The notes beneath the pieces were generated by a model. That model searched no databases. It saw only the letters and a program-made list of their open reading frames with translations, and had not been told where the DNA came from. From contig JBBISL010000005.1 in assembly GCA_037441285.1 (NCBI GenBank), positions 49,054-113,053 on the forward strand: DNA of 64,000 nucleotides. Reading direction: 5' to 3'. The stretch comes from a candidate division WOR-3 bacterium (GTDB taxonomy: Bacteria; Hydrothermota; Tepidihabitantia; Tepidihabitantales; Tepidihabitantaceae). Position 1 is the stretch's first letter; the number at the start of each line of letters is the position of its first letter. Positions 39,501 to 48,241 of the stretch are shown in pieces. The position numbers and the translations under genes were made by a program.

Positions 39501-40397
39501 GCTCAAGGGGACTACCTCCATCTGGTCTGGAGTGATAATGGCGAGGTGAAATACACGATGAGCGAGAGCCGGATTCAGGCAAACAACTGGAGCAGCGGTT
39601 TCCCTTCAGATTGGAAGGACGCGATCAATCTCTCCAACAGCCAAGTGCCGTCTGTTCATCCGGTGATTGGTGCGAATGAGAGCCGGGTTGTTGTCAGTTG
39701 GGCTGAGGGTGTAATCCCGGATGTCTTTGCCCGCCAGCGCTTAACCTCTGATGATTACAACAACTGGCAGGAAGCGGTCAATCTGAGTAACACTCAGGAC
39801 TACATTTCCGACTATCCGACGATCGCTATAGGTGATACAGTGCTTATTTCCTATCAGGAGGAGGGCGAGAATGGGGACTATGACATAATGGTTGCGGTTG
39901 AGTTCAATGAGCCACTCAACATCTGTGACAATCCTACCGCCTCAACCTATCCGCAGGTGCTATTCCAGAAGAAGCCATCGGGCGACACTACTATTCCCTA
40001 CCTCCACTGCATCTGGAGTGAAGAGCCGTCTCAGAACTACTACGAGGTGCGCTACCACAAGTTGAATCTCAAACAGACCGGTGGAGGTGGCCAGCAAAGT
40101 GGCGCTGGGTTTGAACTATTGGCACCCAGACTCTATCAGAGTGCGCCCAACCCGTTCTCAACAAGGATGCAAATCAGATACCAGATTGGTCAGGAGGGTG
40201 ATGTCCGGCTTAAGGTTTATGATATTCAGGGTAGACTGGTCAAGAGTCTGGTAAGTGCCAAGCAGCGACCTGGCAGTTACAGTGTAATCTGGGATGGCAG
40301 CGATGAGCGCAATCAGCAGGTTCCCAATGGCATCTACTTCTATCGTATATACGCACCGGGGATTAATGATACGAAGAAAGCGGTGCTGATGAGATAA
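36555..40397 (+). CDS. Large secreted protein (BNR/Asp-box-like propellers) with FlgD/T9SS-like tail
   Basis: AAGGAG RBS, signal peptide, TDRGKSW/STDNGLNW Asp-boxes, PNPF..YDIQGRLV..WDG.D..NGIYFY. Confidence 0.8.
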   Translation: MKRFVAVCAVLVIATTAYAGDAYPLFYRWVIGPASLVERCQDSLECTANNGWALCEQTADGNIGRIHIVYTKWTGRVSKVYTRYTTDRGKSWSSIRNLSYSDSARDAAIACLGCTLAVAFSDIWRGMRHMMYAQDTGRSGTRWLTYGEKPLSDDDTSQFDNRHPSVAVTWRAKSDEDSSDARYGALARIAWIDSVDATNPRGRDAWMTEFTVNMHKLGTTWWEEYVSDSWAEYPSVCWNGVRDKVNDAWFAFEGIGTAGSDHEIFVLRSIPNAGKIPKLLTDNACYDGRPCIQILDTIPPQDPNGSERMDTVITVYESKPGNRTRIYRKRWHFDSNGIVKVDTSGEAFPNWNSTWNIGRPNIWRRHYPPNNANDTVFMVFAGEYPTGLAQFWSISINRGDNWKTPERVVGPISPNASIIGGYRYANILASLHYRGWHYLVFFPVSYVNVGEIGDDAVVAPTGRLLQRDASCSPRLWCVGSTGEYPLVLTSTDNGLNWENYGSPGWGDSPALSLDSDTMPVAAFMDSNSLYCSQPTIDKTIWCPIKVYEAVAGEVIRTPSVALYPGKVSGVKVAAVTFAVYDTVAGTSKIMFAKVDTGTVILDTIDTRNDLTDSFPCISIANTDSVYVTYQRGTEVVGSALFDYAAASTERPPVWKALGAIGEGYHPMSEIEGGILHCVWTKRVENNNVPDTMVISHSTFDVSDSPQFSGWQAGATLSCRDTTDKANPVYAGIGVTVWNELVNGKWAIKAKVRDSIRTFVANSHNCRYPQALAESSAISPSIDQIRLAVLWYEEVAPDTTVLGFKVDSFNISHARANATSINNGTKLIRKANSDSLFAVYTALDGAVMFARSANGDSWKRDVLAEGCEFPAIAEDGTGRKWAVMNYTGNTHANGVEARYLNTNDTWSNAQTVYSFSKQGSAGPVAIAATSDGSNPCCYAAFLYNNGAGNKFLIVAKFNGDSLRIDTVANGSNLGDPAIAVEPDAQGDYLHLVWSDNGEVKYTMSESRIQANNWSSGFPSDWKDAINLSNSQVPSVHPVIGANESRVVVSWAEGVIPDVFARQRLTSDDYNNWQEAVNLSNTQDYISDYPTIAIGDTVLISYQEEGENGDYDIMVAVEFNEPLNICDNPTASTYPQVLFQKKPSGDTTIPYLHCIWSEEPSQNYYEVRYHKLNLKQTGGGGQQSGAGFELLAPRLYQSAPNPFSTRMQIRYQIGQEGDVRLKVYDIQGRLVKSLVSAKQRPGSYSVIWDGSDERNQQVPNGIYFYRIYAPGINDTKKAVLMR
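40226..40308 (+). repeat. 83-bp repeat in C-terminal tail coding sequence (copy 1)
   Basis: 79/83 identical to 42728-42810, with a 49-bp perfect core. Confidence 0.95.
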
Positions 40398-40490
40398 AAA
40401 GAAAGAGGCGGGTGGCTGATGCAGAGACCCCGCCTTGGGTGAGTTAATTGACAGGAAAAGGGGATGAGGTAAAATGAGATAAAGGTCTGC

Positions 40491-42914
40491 GTGCGGAATA
40501 AAATCCTATTCTTGGTGTGTCTTATGATAGTGGCTGGTTCAGCCCAGTTTCTGGAGACGACCGTGTTCCTTCCTGATTCGTTTGGCGGTTTAGTTCATCC
40601 TCGGTGTCTGGAGTTCAATCCTAACAGCAGGGTCGTTTATGTGGGCGGTGAGGCGGGTGAGTGTGTGATTGCCTTAGATGCGCGGACCGGTGAGAAGGTT
40701 GCCCGGATTCCGGCTGGCAAGTGGATTGGTTCTATGTGTTACACCAACGGCAGAAATAAATTGTATTGTGCCAATGAATCCAGTCGGACCGTAACTGTGA
40801 TAGACTGTGGCACCAACTCACCACTTACCACTTTAGGGACAAGGTCTGTACCACTTTCCCTTTGTTATAACCCGGTTCGCGGCAAGGTCTATTACACAAA
40901 CTGGACTTGGCCCGACTCAACGGTTGCGGTTCTGGATGAGAGGTCAGATAGCCTCTTGAGGTTAATTTCGGTATCTTACCTCCCAAAGGGGATTGCCTAT
41001 GTCGAAGGTATTGACCGGATATATGTTGGAAGCTTGGATTACTATAACAACTATATTTGTGCTATTGACGGTGCAGGAGATTCGGTCATCCATAGAATCC
41101 CGGTAGGCTGTTTCTATACATTTGCTTACAATTCGGAAAATGATAAACTTTATGCTTCCAATCCATCTGAGGTTCTTATATTGAAACCCGGTCCGGATAC
41201 AGTGCTCGCCAATATTTCCGTGGGTGGGTATCTTGAGGCGCTAATTTACAACCGGTTTGTAAACAAGGTCTATTGTGCGAGAAGGGACGATAACGAAGTG
41301 TGGGTTATTGATGGTAAGGACGACACTGTCCTAAAGCGGTTGAGGGTAGGAGGAACGCCCGTTGCCCTGGGTTTTAATTCTTCTTTAAACAAGGTTTACT
41401 GCGCCAATTCTGCCAGTGGGTCGGTTAGTGTGATAGATGGTTTCAGAGACACCATCCGGGCAACGATTGCGGTTGGGGTCCAGCCCTGGGCTTTGCTTTA
41501 CGACTCGGCTGACAATCGTTTGTTCTGCGCGAACCGGGGTAGCCATACTGTAACGGTGGTTGACGGTTCTACTGAGAGCGTGCTTGGCAATGTTGTGCTC
41601 GGCGATAACCAGCGCGCAATATGCTTTGCTGCGGGGCACAACAAGGTTTACTGTGCGAACCTGCATAGCGGTCTGGTTACGGTGGTGGACTGCGCAAGGA
41701 ATAAGGTCGTCGCCAATCTCAAAGTCGGAAACTCTCCGGGGGCGTTGGGTTATAATCCGATAGCCAACAGGGTTTACTGTGCTAACGAAGCAGACCGGAG
41801 CTTGATTGTGATTGATGTTCTTGGCGACTCGGTTGTTACCTCTATTCCGGTGGGTAGCGGACCTCGTGCCCTGTGCCAAAATCCGGTTGAGAATAAAATG
41901 TATTGTGCCAATTATGGTTTCTGGCCCGAGCAGGACTCAACCGTAACTGTGATAGATGGCGAAGCGGACACGGTGATTAAGACAGCATTCGTTGGCAATC
42001 GTCCCATCGCCCTGTGTTATAATTCACAGGCAAACAAGGTCTATGTCGCGTGTTACGGTGCAGAGCGAGTGGCGGTGATTGACGGAACTGCGGATACGAT
42101 GTTAAAGGCACTTAGGGTTGGACGGTTGCCATCGGCGCTGTGCTATAATCATCTGAGGAACAAGGTATATTGCGCATCATCCTGGTCGGATGAGGTGGCG
42201 GTGATTGACGGCGCTCAAGACTCGGTGATAAGAAGGGTGGGGGTAGGTGCATTTCCTTCGGCGCTGGTGTATAATCCGGCAAATGACCAGGTCTATTGTG
42301 CTAACTTGTTAGGCGGAACGGTAAGTGTGATTGACTGCGCTGTTGACTCGGTGATTGCGACAATCAATTTATATGGCAAGCCGGTCGCCCTGAGTGTGGA
42401 TACAATAAGGAACCGGGTTTATTGCGCGGACTCTGCTTTAGACCGTGTGTGGGTAATTGATGGTCGTATAAATCAGAGAATTCGGGAAATCCTTACTGGC
42501 ATTGACCCGGTGGCGATGGTTTTTGTTCCGGCTTATGGACGGACATATATTGCCAACTATAACAGCTCAAGCCTTTCGGTAATTCGGGATACGACGACAG
42601 GAATCGCCGAAGGATATCAGGTAACACCTTCAATGTCCGGGATATTTATCCACCCGTTTGCTGGTTATTTAACGGTCCGCTATCAAATTCCTTTCGGAGG
42701 TAATGTGCGCTTGAGACTCTATGACACTCAGGGCAGACTGGTCAAGAGTCTGGTAAGTGCCAAGCAGCGACCTGGCAGTTACACTATAATCTGGGATGGC
42801 AGAGATGAGCAAGGCCGGATAATGGCAAATGGTGTCTACTTCTACCGGCTTGATGCGCCCCATTTCAGCGACACTAAGAAGGCGGTTTTTTGCAATAGAC
42901 AGAGGCAAAATTAG
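40491..42914 (+). CDS. YncE/YVTN beta-propeller repeat protein with FlgD/T9SS-like tail
   Basis: About 14-15 repeats P.ALCYNP..NKVYCAN..VTVID..DSV..I.VG; stop codon lies inside the right direct repeat. Confidence 0.88.
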   Translation: MRNKILFLVCLMIVAGSAQFLETTVFLPDSFGGLVHPRCLEFNPNSRVVYVGGEAGECVIALDARTGEKVARIPAGKWIGSMCYTNGRNKLYCANESSRTVTVIDCGTNSPLTTLGTRSVPLSLCYNPVRGKVYYTNWTWPDSTVAVLDERSDSLLRLISVSYLPKGIAYVEGIDRIYVGSLDYYNNYICAIDGAGDSVIHRIPVGCFYTFAYNSENDKLYASNPSEVLILKPGPDTVLANISVGGYLEALIYNRFVNKVYCARRDDNEVWVIDGKDDTVLKRLRVGGTPVALGFNSSLNKVYCANSASGSVSVIDGFRDTIRATIAVGVQPWALLYDSADNRLFCANRGSHTVTVVDGSTESVLGNVVLGDNQRAICFAAGHNKVYCANLHSGLVTVVDCARNKVVANLKVGNSPGALGYNPIANRVYCANEADRSLIVIDVLGDSVVTSIPVGSGPRALCQNPVENKMYCANYGFWPEQDSTVTVIDGEADTVIKTAFVGNRPIALCYNSQANKVYVACYGAERVAVIDGTADTMLKALRVGRLPSALCYNHLRNKVYCASSWSDEVAVIDGAQDSVIRRVGVGAFPSALVYNPANDQVYCANLLGGTVSVIDCAVDSVIATINLYGKPVALSVDTIRNRVYCADSALDRVWVIDGRINQRIREILTGIDPVAMVFVPAYGRTYIANYNSSSLSVIRDTTTGIAEGYQVTPSMSGIFIHPFAGYLTVRYQIPFGGNVRLRLYDTQGRLVKSLVSAKQRPGSYTIIWDGRDEQGRIMANGVYFYRLDAPHFSDTKKAVFCNRQRQN
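42728..42810 (+). repeat. 83-bp repeat in C-terminal tail coding sequence (copy 2)
   Basis: 79/83 identical to 40226-40308. Confidence 0.95.
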
Positions 42915-42935
42915 CATCTGTCAAGGATGGGTCGG
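42901..42935 (+). repeat. 35-bp direct repeat, right copy
   Basis: AGAGGCAAAATTAGCATCTGTCAAGGATGGGTCGG. Confidence 0.95.
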
Positions 42936-42995
42936 CAATGATTTCTTGACCGGCAATCGGATTTGGATAGAATGGTAGAAACAAAAGGAGGTCTA

Positions 42996-45900
42996 ATGAG
43001 TTTAACTCGGTTTTTTGTTTATGCCCTCCTTTTCGTTACCATCGGAACGGCGGCACCGATTGAGCCGCTTTTGATGGAGCGGATGGGAAAGGCACAGGCC
43101 GATGAGTATCTGCCGGTGATGGTTGCGCTCAAGGAGCAGTTTGATGCGGTGTCGGTCATCAACACCGTGAAGAACAAGGAGGCGCGCTGGCAGATAACGG
43201 TCAACGGTTTGAAGGAACTGGCGACGCGGAGTCAGGCGGGTTTGTTAGCGGAACTTGCCGGATTTGAGCGTCAGGGTAAGGTGCGCAATGTGAACCCCCT
43301 GTGGATTGTCAATGCGGTTTACTTTGAGGCGACGAGCGATGTAATTTTGCAGTTAAGTGAAAGGCCGGATGTTTGGTTCATTCAGTGGGATTTGATTCCG
43401 ACTGAGAATGCGTTAGGGGTTGATGTCAAGCGACCGGCGGCTGATGTTACCGGCGGTACCTTCGCCATTGAATGGCATGTGAAGAAGGTGAAGGCGGATA
43501 GCGTCTGGTTTGTTTATGGCTATACCGGCGAAGGGGTGGTGATTGGCAACATCGACACCGGTTGCGACTACAACCATTCCGACCTTGCCGACCATATGTG
43601 GGAGGACCCGAACTATCCGTATCACGGCTGGGATTTTGAAAACAATGACAACGACCCGATGGATGAGAATGGCCATGGCACGCACACCTGCGGTATTAAT
43701 GCCGGTGATGGCACCGGCGGTGATACCACCGGAATGGCGCCCAATGCCCGGATTATGACGATTCGGACTAAGACCAGTCTGGAGCAGCCGTTTCCTGATA
43801 CGATTGCGGAGAATACGGTTTTTAATGCGATGCAGTTCTGCGTTGCGCCGCCGCTCTCGCCCGAGAATCACGCCCATCTCCTGTCAATGAGTCTGGGCTG
43901 GCTGCATTCCTGGAACCCGCGGCGCGCGCTGTGGCGGCAGGCGGTGACCAATGTGGCGGCTGCCGGATTGCCTTATTTCATCGCCGCGGGCAATGAAGGT
44001 TCTTCAAATCCGCCGGACAATGTTCGGACCCCGGGTGATGTGCCCGGACCGTGGAAGCATCCAGCCGAGATGGCGGGCGGTTTGGGTGGTGCGATTTCGA
44101 TTGGGGCAACCGATTCGGTTGACAATTACGCCTCTTTCACCTCCTGGGGACCGGTTTCCTGGTCAAGCGTACCACCCTACAACGATTACGCCTATCCGCC
44201 CGGACTTTTGAAGCCTGACTTTTCGGCACCGGGCGTTGATGTCATCTCCTGCCGGCTGGGTGGTGGTTATGTTTCGAAGTCCGGCACCTCAATGGCAACA
44301 CCGGGCGCCGCCGGAATTGCGGCGTTGATGTTGCAGAAGAACCCCAATCTGCTGCCCGAAGAGGTGGACTCAATTATGCAGATGTCGGTGGTGCCGCGGG
44401 GCACACCACCCAAGAACAACACCTATGGTACGGGCCGGATTGATGCGATGCTTTGTATTGAAAATACGCCCTTGCCATTTGGTGTCCGGTTTTACCGGGC
44501 TGAGGTGGACGATTCAGCCGGGGGCAACAATGACCGGATTATCAACCCGGGCGAGACAATCAACCTGCCGGTCTGGGTGAAAAATCAGTGCGACTACACG
44601 GCAAACGGTGTGACCGGGGTTTTGAGTACTCTTGACACCACTCACATCACGCTGCTTGACTCTTTTAAGAGCTTCGGCACGATTCCGGCCGGTGAAACCG
44701 CCTATTCAGGGAATCCGGGTTATCGGTTTACTGTGGCACCGGCTTGCAGCAATGGCTATGCGCTCAAGTTCACATTGACGATTCGGGACGCGCAGGATTC
44801 GGTGTGGACCTCGGGATTGACATTTAAGGTTGGGACACCGGTGATTTATGGCGATTCGGTTTATGCCTATGACGGCGGCAATGGAAAACTTGACCCGGGT
44901 GAGGAGTGCGACATTGCGGTGCAATTGGTGAACGCCGGGCTCGGTAACGGGTACGATGTGACCGTAATCTTGCGTTCGGCGGATAGCCGGCTTGAGGTGC
45001 TGGATTCGGTTGCGGTTTACGGGTTTGTGCCGGCGGACTCCTGGTTGATGAACGAAACCGACCATTTCCGGGTGCGGGCGAGCAGCGCGATACCAAGAGA
45101 GTATGTTATCCCGTGCACGCTGTACATCAGCCAGACCGGGTATCCACCGCAGAGTGTGCCGTTCGGAATTGAGGTGGGCATGTTGACCGCGGTTGACCCG
45201 ATTCCGGATGGTCCGCGCCAGCCCGCGCTCTATTACGCCTATGACGACATCGATACCGAGTATTCAGAGCATCCGACATTCAACTGGGTGGAGATTAGAG
45301 ACATCGGTACCAGGCTGACACTTGCGGACGATGAAACCCGGCAGATTACACTGCCCACGGGATTCGGACCGATAAAGTTCTATGGTCAGCGCTATACCCA
45401 GATTTCCATCTGCTCTAACGGCTGGGTCGCACCGGGTTCAGCGACGCAGATAATCTGGACCAATACCTCCTTGCCCAATTCTGATATGCCACCGATGTGG
45501 TGTCTGAAATGGGACGATTTGTATCCGCCCACCGGTAACAGCGTCTGGTACTACCATGATGTGGCAAACCATCGGTTTATCGTTGAGTGGGATTCGGTAC
45601 ACTACTACAACCCGCGGGACTCCTGGGATAAGATGCAGATTATCTTCTACGACACAACTTTAGCCGCAGCAGATGGCAATACCGAGGTGGTGTATCAGTA
45701 TCTGACCGCGAACCGGAACTCAAGTATGACGATTGGGGAACAGGACCCGACGCGGACGATTGCAATTCAGGTGGTGTTTGACAACGATTATCACCGGGCA
45801 GCCGCGCCCATTGCACCGGGCCGGGCGATTAAAATCACGACCGATGCACCGCTCGTGGCGATTGCTGAGGATGCCCGAAATCTCTTGACCCGGGTGAGCG

Positions 45901-46166
45901 GGCTGAAGGTGCTGCCAACCACTTTCCGCGACCGGATGCAGGTGCGGTTTACCCTGAATCAGGAGGGTCAGTTGCGGCTGGTTATCTACGACCGGAGCGG
46001 GCGCAAGGTGCGGACGCTGTTGAACGGGCGGATGAAGCCGGACAACTATCAACTGGTCTGGAACGGTCGCGACGATGCGGGTAATCGGGTGGCGCAGGGT
46101 GTTTATCTAATCCGGTTGGAAAGCGAGCGCGAGTCGCGTACCGTGAAGGCGGTTTACCTGAAGTGA
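42996..46166 (+). CDS. S8 subtilisin-like serine peptidase with FlgD/T9SS-like tail
   Basis: IDTG (Asp), HGTHTCG (His), AAGNEG, SGTSMATP (Ser); AGGAGG RBS before ATG42996. Confidence 0.95.
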   Translation: MSLTRFFVYALLFVTIGTAAPIEPLLMERMGKAQADEYLPVMVALKEQFDAVSVINTVKNKEARWQITVNGLKELATRSQAGLLAELAGFERQGKVRNVNPLWIVNAVYFEATSDVILQLSERPDVWFIQWDLIPTENALGVDVKRPAADVTGGTFAIEWHVKKVKADSVWFVYGYTGEGVVIGNIDTGCDYNHSDLADHMWEDPNYPYHGWDFENNDNDPMDENGHGTHTCGINAGDGTGGDTTGMAPNARIMTIRTKTSLEQPFPDTIAENTVFNAMQFCVAPPLSPENHAHLLSMSLGWLHSWNPRRALWRQAVTNVAAAGLPYFIAAGNEGSSNPPDNVRTPGDVPGPWKHPAEMAGGLGGAISIGATDSVDNYASFTSWGPVSWSSVPPYNDYAYPPGLLKPDFSAPGVDVISCRLGGGYVSKSGTSMATPGAAGIAALMLQKNPNLLPEEVDSIMQMSVVPRGTPPKNNTYGTGRIDAMLCIENTPLPFGVRFYRAEVDDSAGGNNDRIINPGETINLPVWVKNQCDYTANGVTGVLSTLDTTHITLLDSFKSFGTIPAGETAYSGNPGYRFTVAPACSNGYALKFTLTIRDAQDSVWTSGLTFKVGTPVIYGDSVYAYDGGNGKLDPGEECDIAVQLVNAGLGNGYDVTVILRSADSRLEVLDSVAVYGFVPADSWLMNETDHFRVRASSAIPREYVIPCTLYISQTGYPPQSVPFGIEVGMLTAVDPIPDGPRQPALYYAYDDIDTEYSEHPTFNWVEIRDIGTRLTLADDETRQITLPTGFGPIKFYGQRYTQISICSNGWVAPGSATQIIWTNTSLPNSDMPPMWCLKWDDLYPPTGNSVWYYHDVANHRFIVEWDSVHYYNPRDSWDKMQIIFYDTTLAAADGNTEVVYQYLTANRNSSMTIGEQDPTRTIAIQVVFDNDYHRAAAPIAPGRAIKITTDAPLVAIAEDARNLLTRVSGLKVLPTTFRDRMQVRFTLNQEGQLRLVIYDRSGRKVRTLLNGRMKPDNYQLVWNGRDDAGNRVAQGVYLIRLESERESRTVKAVYLK

Positions 46167-46175
46167 TGAAGGATG

Positions 46176-46217
46176 AAAACGGGGCGGGTCATTTACGGCT
46201 CGCCCCGTTTTTGTTTT
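46176..46217 (+). terminator. Rho-independent terminator after S8 peptidase
   Basis: AAAACGGGGCGGG/CTCGCCCCGTTTT + T-run; implies the next gene starts downstream of 46173. Confidence 0.7.
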
Positions 46218-46220
46218 AGG

Positions 46221-47162
46221 GTGGGGAGTTCAATTTTTGTGCCGGTGGTAATTTTAGTAATACTGGTACTGGCGGGCTGGTTGTTCGGGGCGCCCCGGTT
46301 ATCGCAGCCGGGCGCGAGCGGTGACCAGAACGGTTCGGTTGTTTACCAGGGGAGAAAGCGGAATTTTCTTTTACATATCCCGGAAAAGGTGCGCGGGAAA
46401 AAGGGTGTGCCGCTGGTCCTGGTGCTGCACGGTGGGGGCGGAACTCCGGAAGCGGTTGCAAGACTTACCGGGTTCAGCGAGCTTGCCGATGAGGAAGGGT
46501 TTATCGTTGTTTATCCGGCGGCGGTGAACCGGCACTGGAACGATGGCCGGAATGTGAAGCGGTTTCGTTCGCACCGGGAAAAGATTGACGATGTTGGTTT
46601 TATCGCCACACTGATTGATACACTAATCCGGCGAATCGGGGTTGATGCGAGCCGGGTTTATGCGGCGGGGATGTCAAACGGCGGGATGATGTGTCAGCGC
46701 TTAGGTTGCGAACTTTCCCCAAAACTGGCGGCGTTCGCTTCGGTGGGCGCATCCCTGCCCGAAAATCTGGCTGAGCAAAAGCCGGTGATGCCAATCGCGG
46801 TTTTGATGATTAACGGTACCGCCGACCCGATTGTGTCTTTTCAAGGTGGTGGCGTTGGTCTGGTCAAGTTGCGAGGCAGGGTGGTTGCGGTTCCGAAGGC
46901 GATTGAGTTCTGGGTAAAGGCAAACGGTTGTGAGGCGGTGCCGATGGAAACAACGCTGGTGAAGAGTGACACCGGCTTGGGGGTGCACAAGACGGTTTAT
47001 CGCGGCGGGCGCGAGGGAACCGAGGTGGTGCTTCTGACCGTTGAAGGTGGTGGTCACACCTGGCCCGGTGGTCGGGAAAGGTCCAGCAAGTACGGGCGCA
47101 AGACCGATGCGATAAACGCCACCCGGCTCATCTGGGACTTTTTTTTAAGACACCGGCGTTAG
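46221..47162 (+). CDS. PHB depolymerase/LpqC-like esterase (start approximate)
   Basis: LVLVLHGGGG, DDVGFI, GMSNGG nucleophile, GTADP, GGGHTWPGG. Confidence 0.88.
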   Translation: MGSSIFVPVVILVILVLAGWLFGAPRLSQPGASGDQNGSVVYQGRKRNFLLHIPEKVRGKKGVPLVLVLHGGGGTPEAVARLTGFSELADEEGFIVVYPAAVNRHWNDGRNVKRFRSHREKIDDVGFIATLIDTLIRRIGVDASRVYAAGMSNGGMMCQRLGCELSPKLAAFASVGASLPENLAEQKPVMPIAVLMINGTADPIVSFQGGGVGLVKLRGRVVAVPKAIEFWVKANGCEAVPMETTLVKSDTGLGVHKTVYRGGREGTEVVLLTVEGGGHTWPGGRERSSKYGRKTDAINATRLIWDFFLRHRR

Positions 47163-48229
47163 TTCAGCCGGTTTTCCGACAGCGGGTCAAACAGGTGCAA
47201 TTTACCGGTTTCAAAAGAGATATTGACGGTGTCTCCGGGTCGCGGGGCGTGGTCGGGATTGGTGCGCAGGACACAACGGTCCATCCCGATTTTCAAATAG
47301 ACCAGCGCCTCATTGCCTAACTGCTCGGTGACTTCAACCACCGCCTTAATCGGTCCGTCCGGGGTGATGTAGATGTGTTCAGGACGGATACCAAGGACAG
47401 TTTCATCGGGTAATTTTGTTGGGGCGGCGCGGCGGGTTTCGAGGTTGAGGGTGAATGCCGGATGGACAAAGCGCATCGGACTGGTGGTGATTCTGCCGGT
47501 AAAGAAGTTCATCGGTGGTGAGCCGATAAAGCCGGCAACGAACCGGTTTGCGGGCCGGTTGTAGATGGTTGCCGGGTCACCAACCTGAAGCAGTCTGCCA
47601 CTCTTCATCACCGCGATGCGCTGACCTAAAGTCATCGCTTCAACCTGGTCGTGGGTCACATAGATGACGGTGGTCTTCAGTTGCTGGTGGAGCCGGGCAA
47701 GTTCGGCACGCATCCCGACGCGGAGTTTGGCATCAAGGTTGGACAGGGGTTCGTCAAACAGAAACACCTTGGGGTTGCGGACAATCGCCCGGCCGACGGC
47801 AACGCGCTGGCGCTGGCCCCCGGAAATCTCGGCGGGTTTGCGGTCCAGGAGCTCTTCGATGCCAAGGATGCGGGCGGCTTCCAGAACCCGGCGTTGGATC
47901 TCATCCCGGGGCAGGCGGCGCAGTTTTAAGGCGAACGCCATATTTTCAAATACCGTCATATGGGGGTACAGGGCGTAGTTCTGGAACACCATCGCAATGT
48001 CGCGGTCCCGGGGTTCAACGGTATTGACCAGGCGGTCGCCAATAAAGATTTCGCCTGAGTCCGGCTCTTCCAATCCGGCAACAATGCGCAACAGGGTCGA
48101 TTTGCCACAACCGGAGGGACCAAGGATGACAAAGAACTCCTGGTCTTTAATCTCAAGGGTGACATTGTCAACGGCGATGACCTTGCTTTTGAAAATTTTG
48201 GTGACCGATTTGAAGAGCACCTGGCTCAT
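47159..48229 (-). CDS. Sugar/G3P ABC transporter ATP-binding protein (MalK/UgpC family)
   Basis: GPSGCGKST, VFQNYALYPHM, SGGQRQR, DEPLSNLDAKLR, TOBE domain. Confidence 0.95.
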   Translation of the reverse strand: MSQVLFKSVTKIFKSKVIAVDNVTLEIKDQEFFVILGPSGCGKSTLLRIVAGLEEPDSGEIFIGDRLVNTVEPRDRDIAMVFQNYALYPHMTVFENMAFALKLRRLPRDEIQRRVLEAARILGIEELLDRKPAEISGGQRQRVAVGRAIVRNPKVFLFDEPLSNLDAKLRVGMRAELARLHQQLKTTVIYVTHDQVEAMTLGQRIAVMKSGRLLQVGDPATIYNRPANRFVAGFIGSPPMNFFTGRITTSPMRFVHPAFTLNLETRRAAPTKLPDETVLGIRPEHIYITPDGPIKAVVEVTEQLGNEALVYLKIGMDRCVLRTNPDHAPRPGDTVNISFETGKLHLFDPLSENRLN

Positions 48230-48241
48230 CGCTTGACCCCT

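Larger units (their letters stand above)
34671..42935. mobile_element. Direct-repeat-bounded 8.2 kb insertion carrying three secreted proteins (no integrase seen)
   Basis: Flanking 35-bp direct repeat; visibly different codon style. Confidence 0.6.

Noticed and set aside
40226..42810. Diversity-generating retroelement TR/VR pair
   Set aside because: Mismatches (T/C, G/C, G/A, C/A) are not adenine-specific, both copies are coding, and no reverse transcriptase is present in the window
34671..42935. CRISPR repeats or a tRNA attachment site
   Set aside because: Only two copies 8.2 kb apart; no spacers, cas genes or tRNA-like sequence
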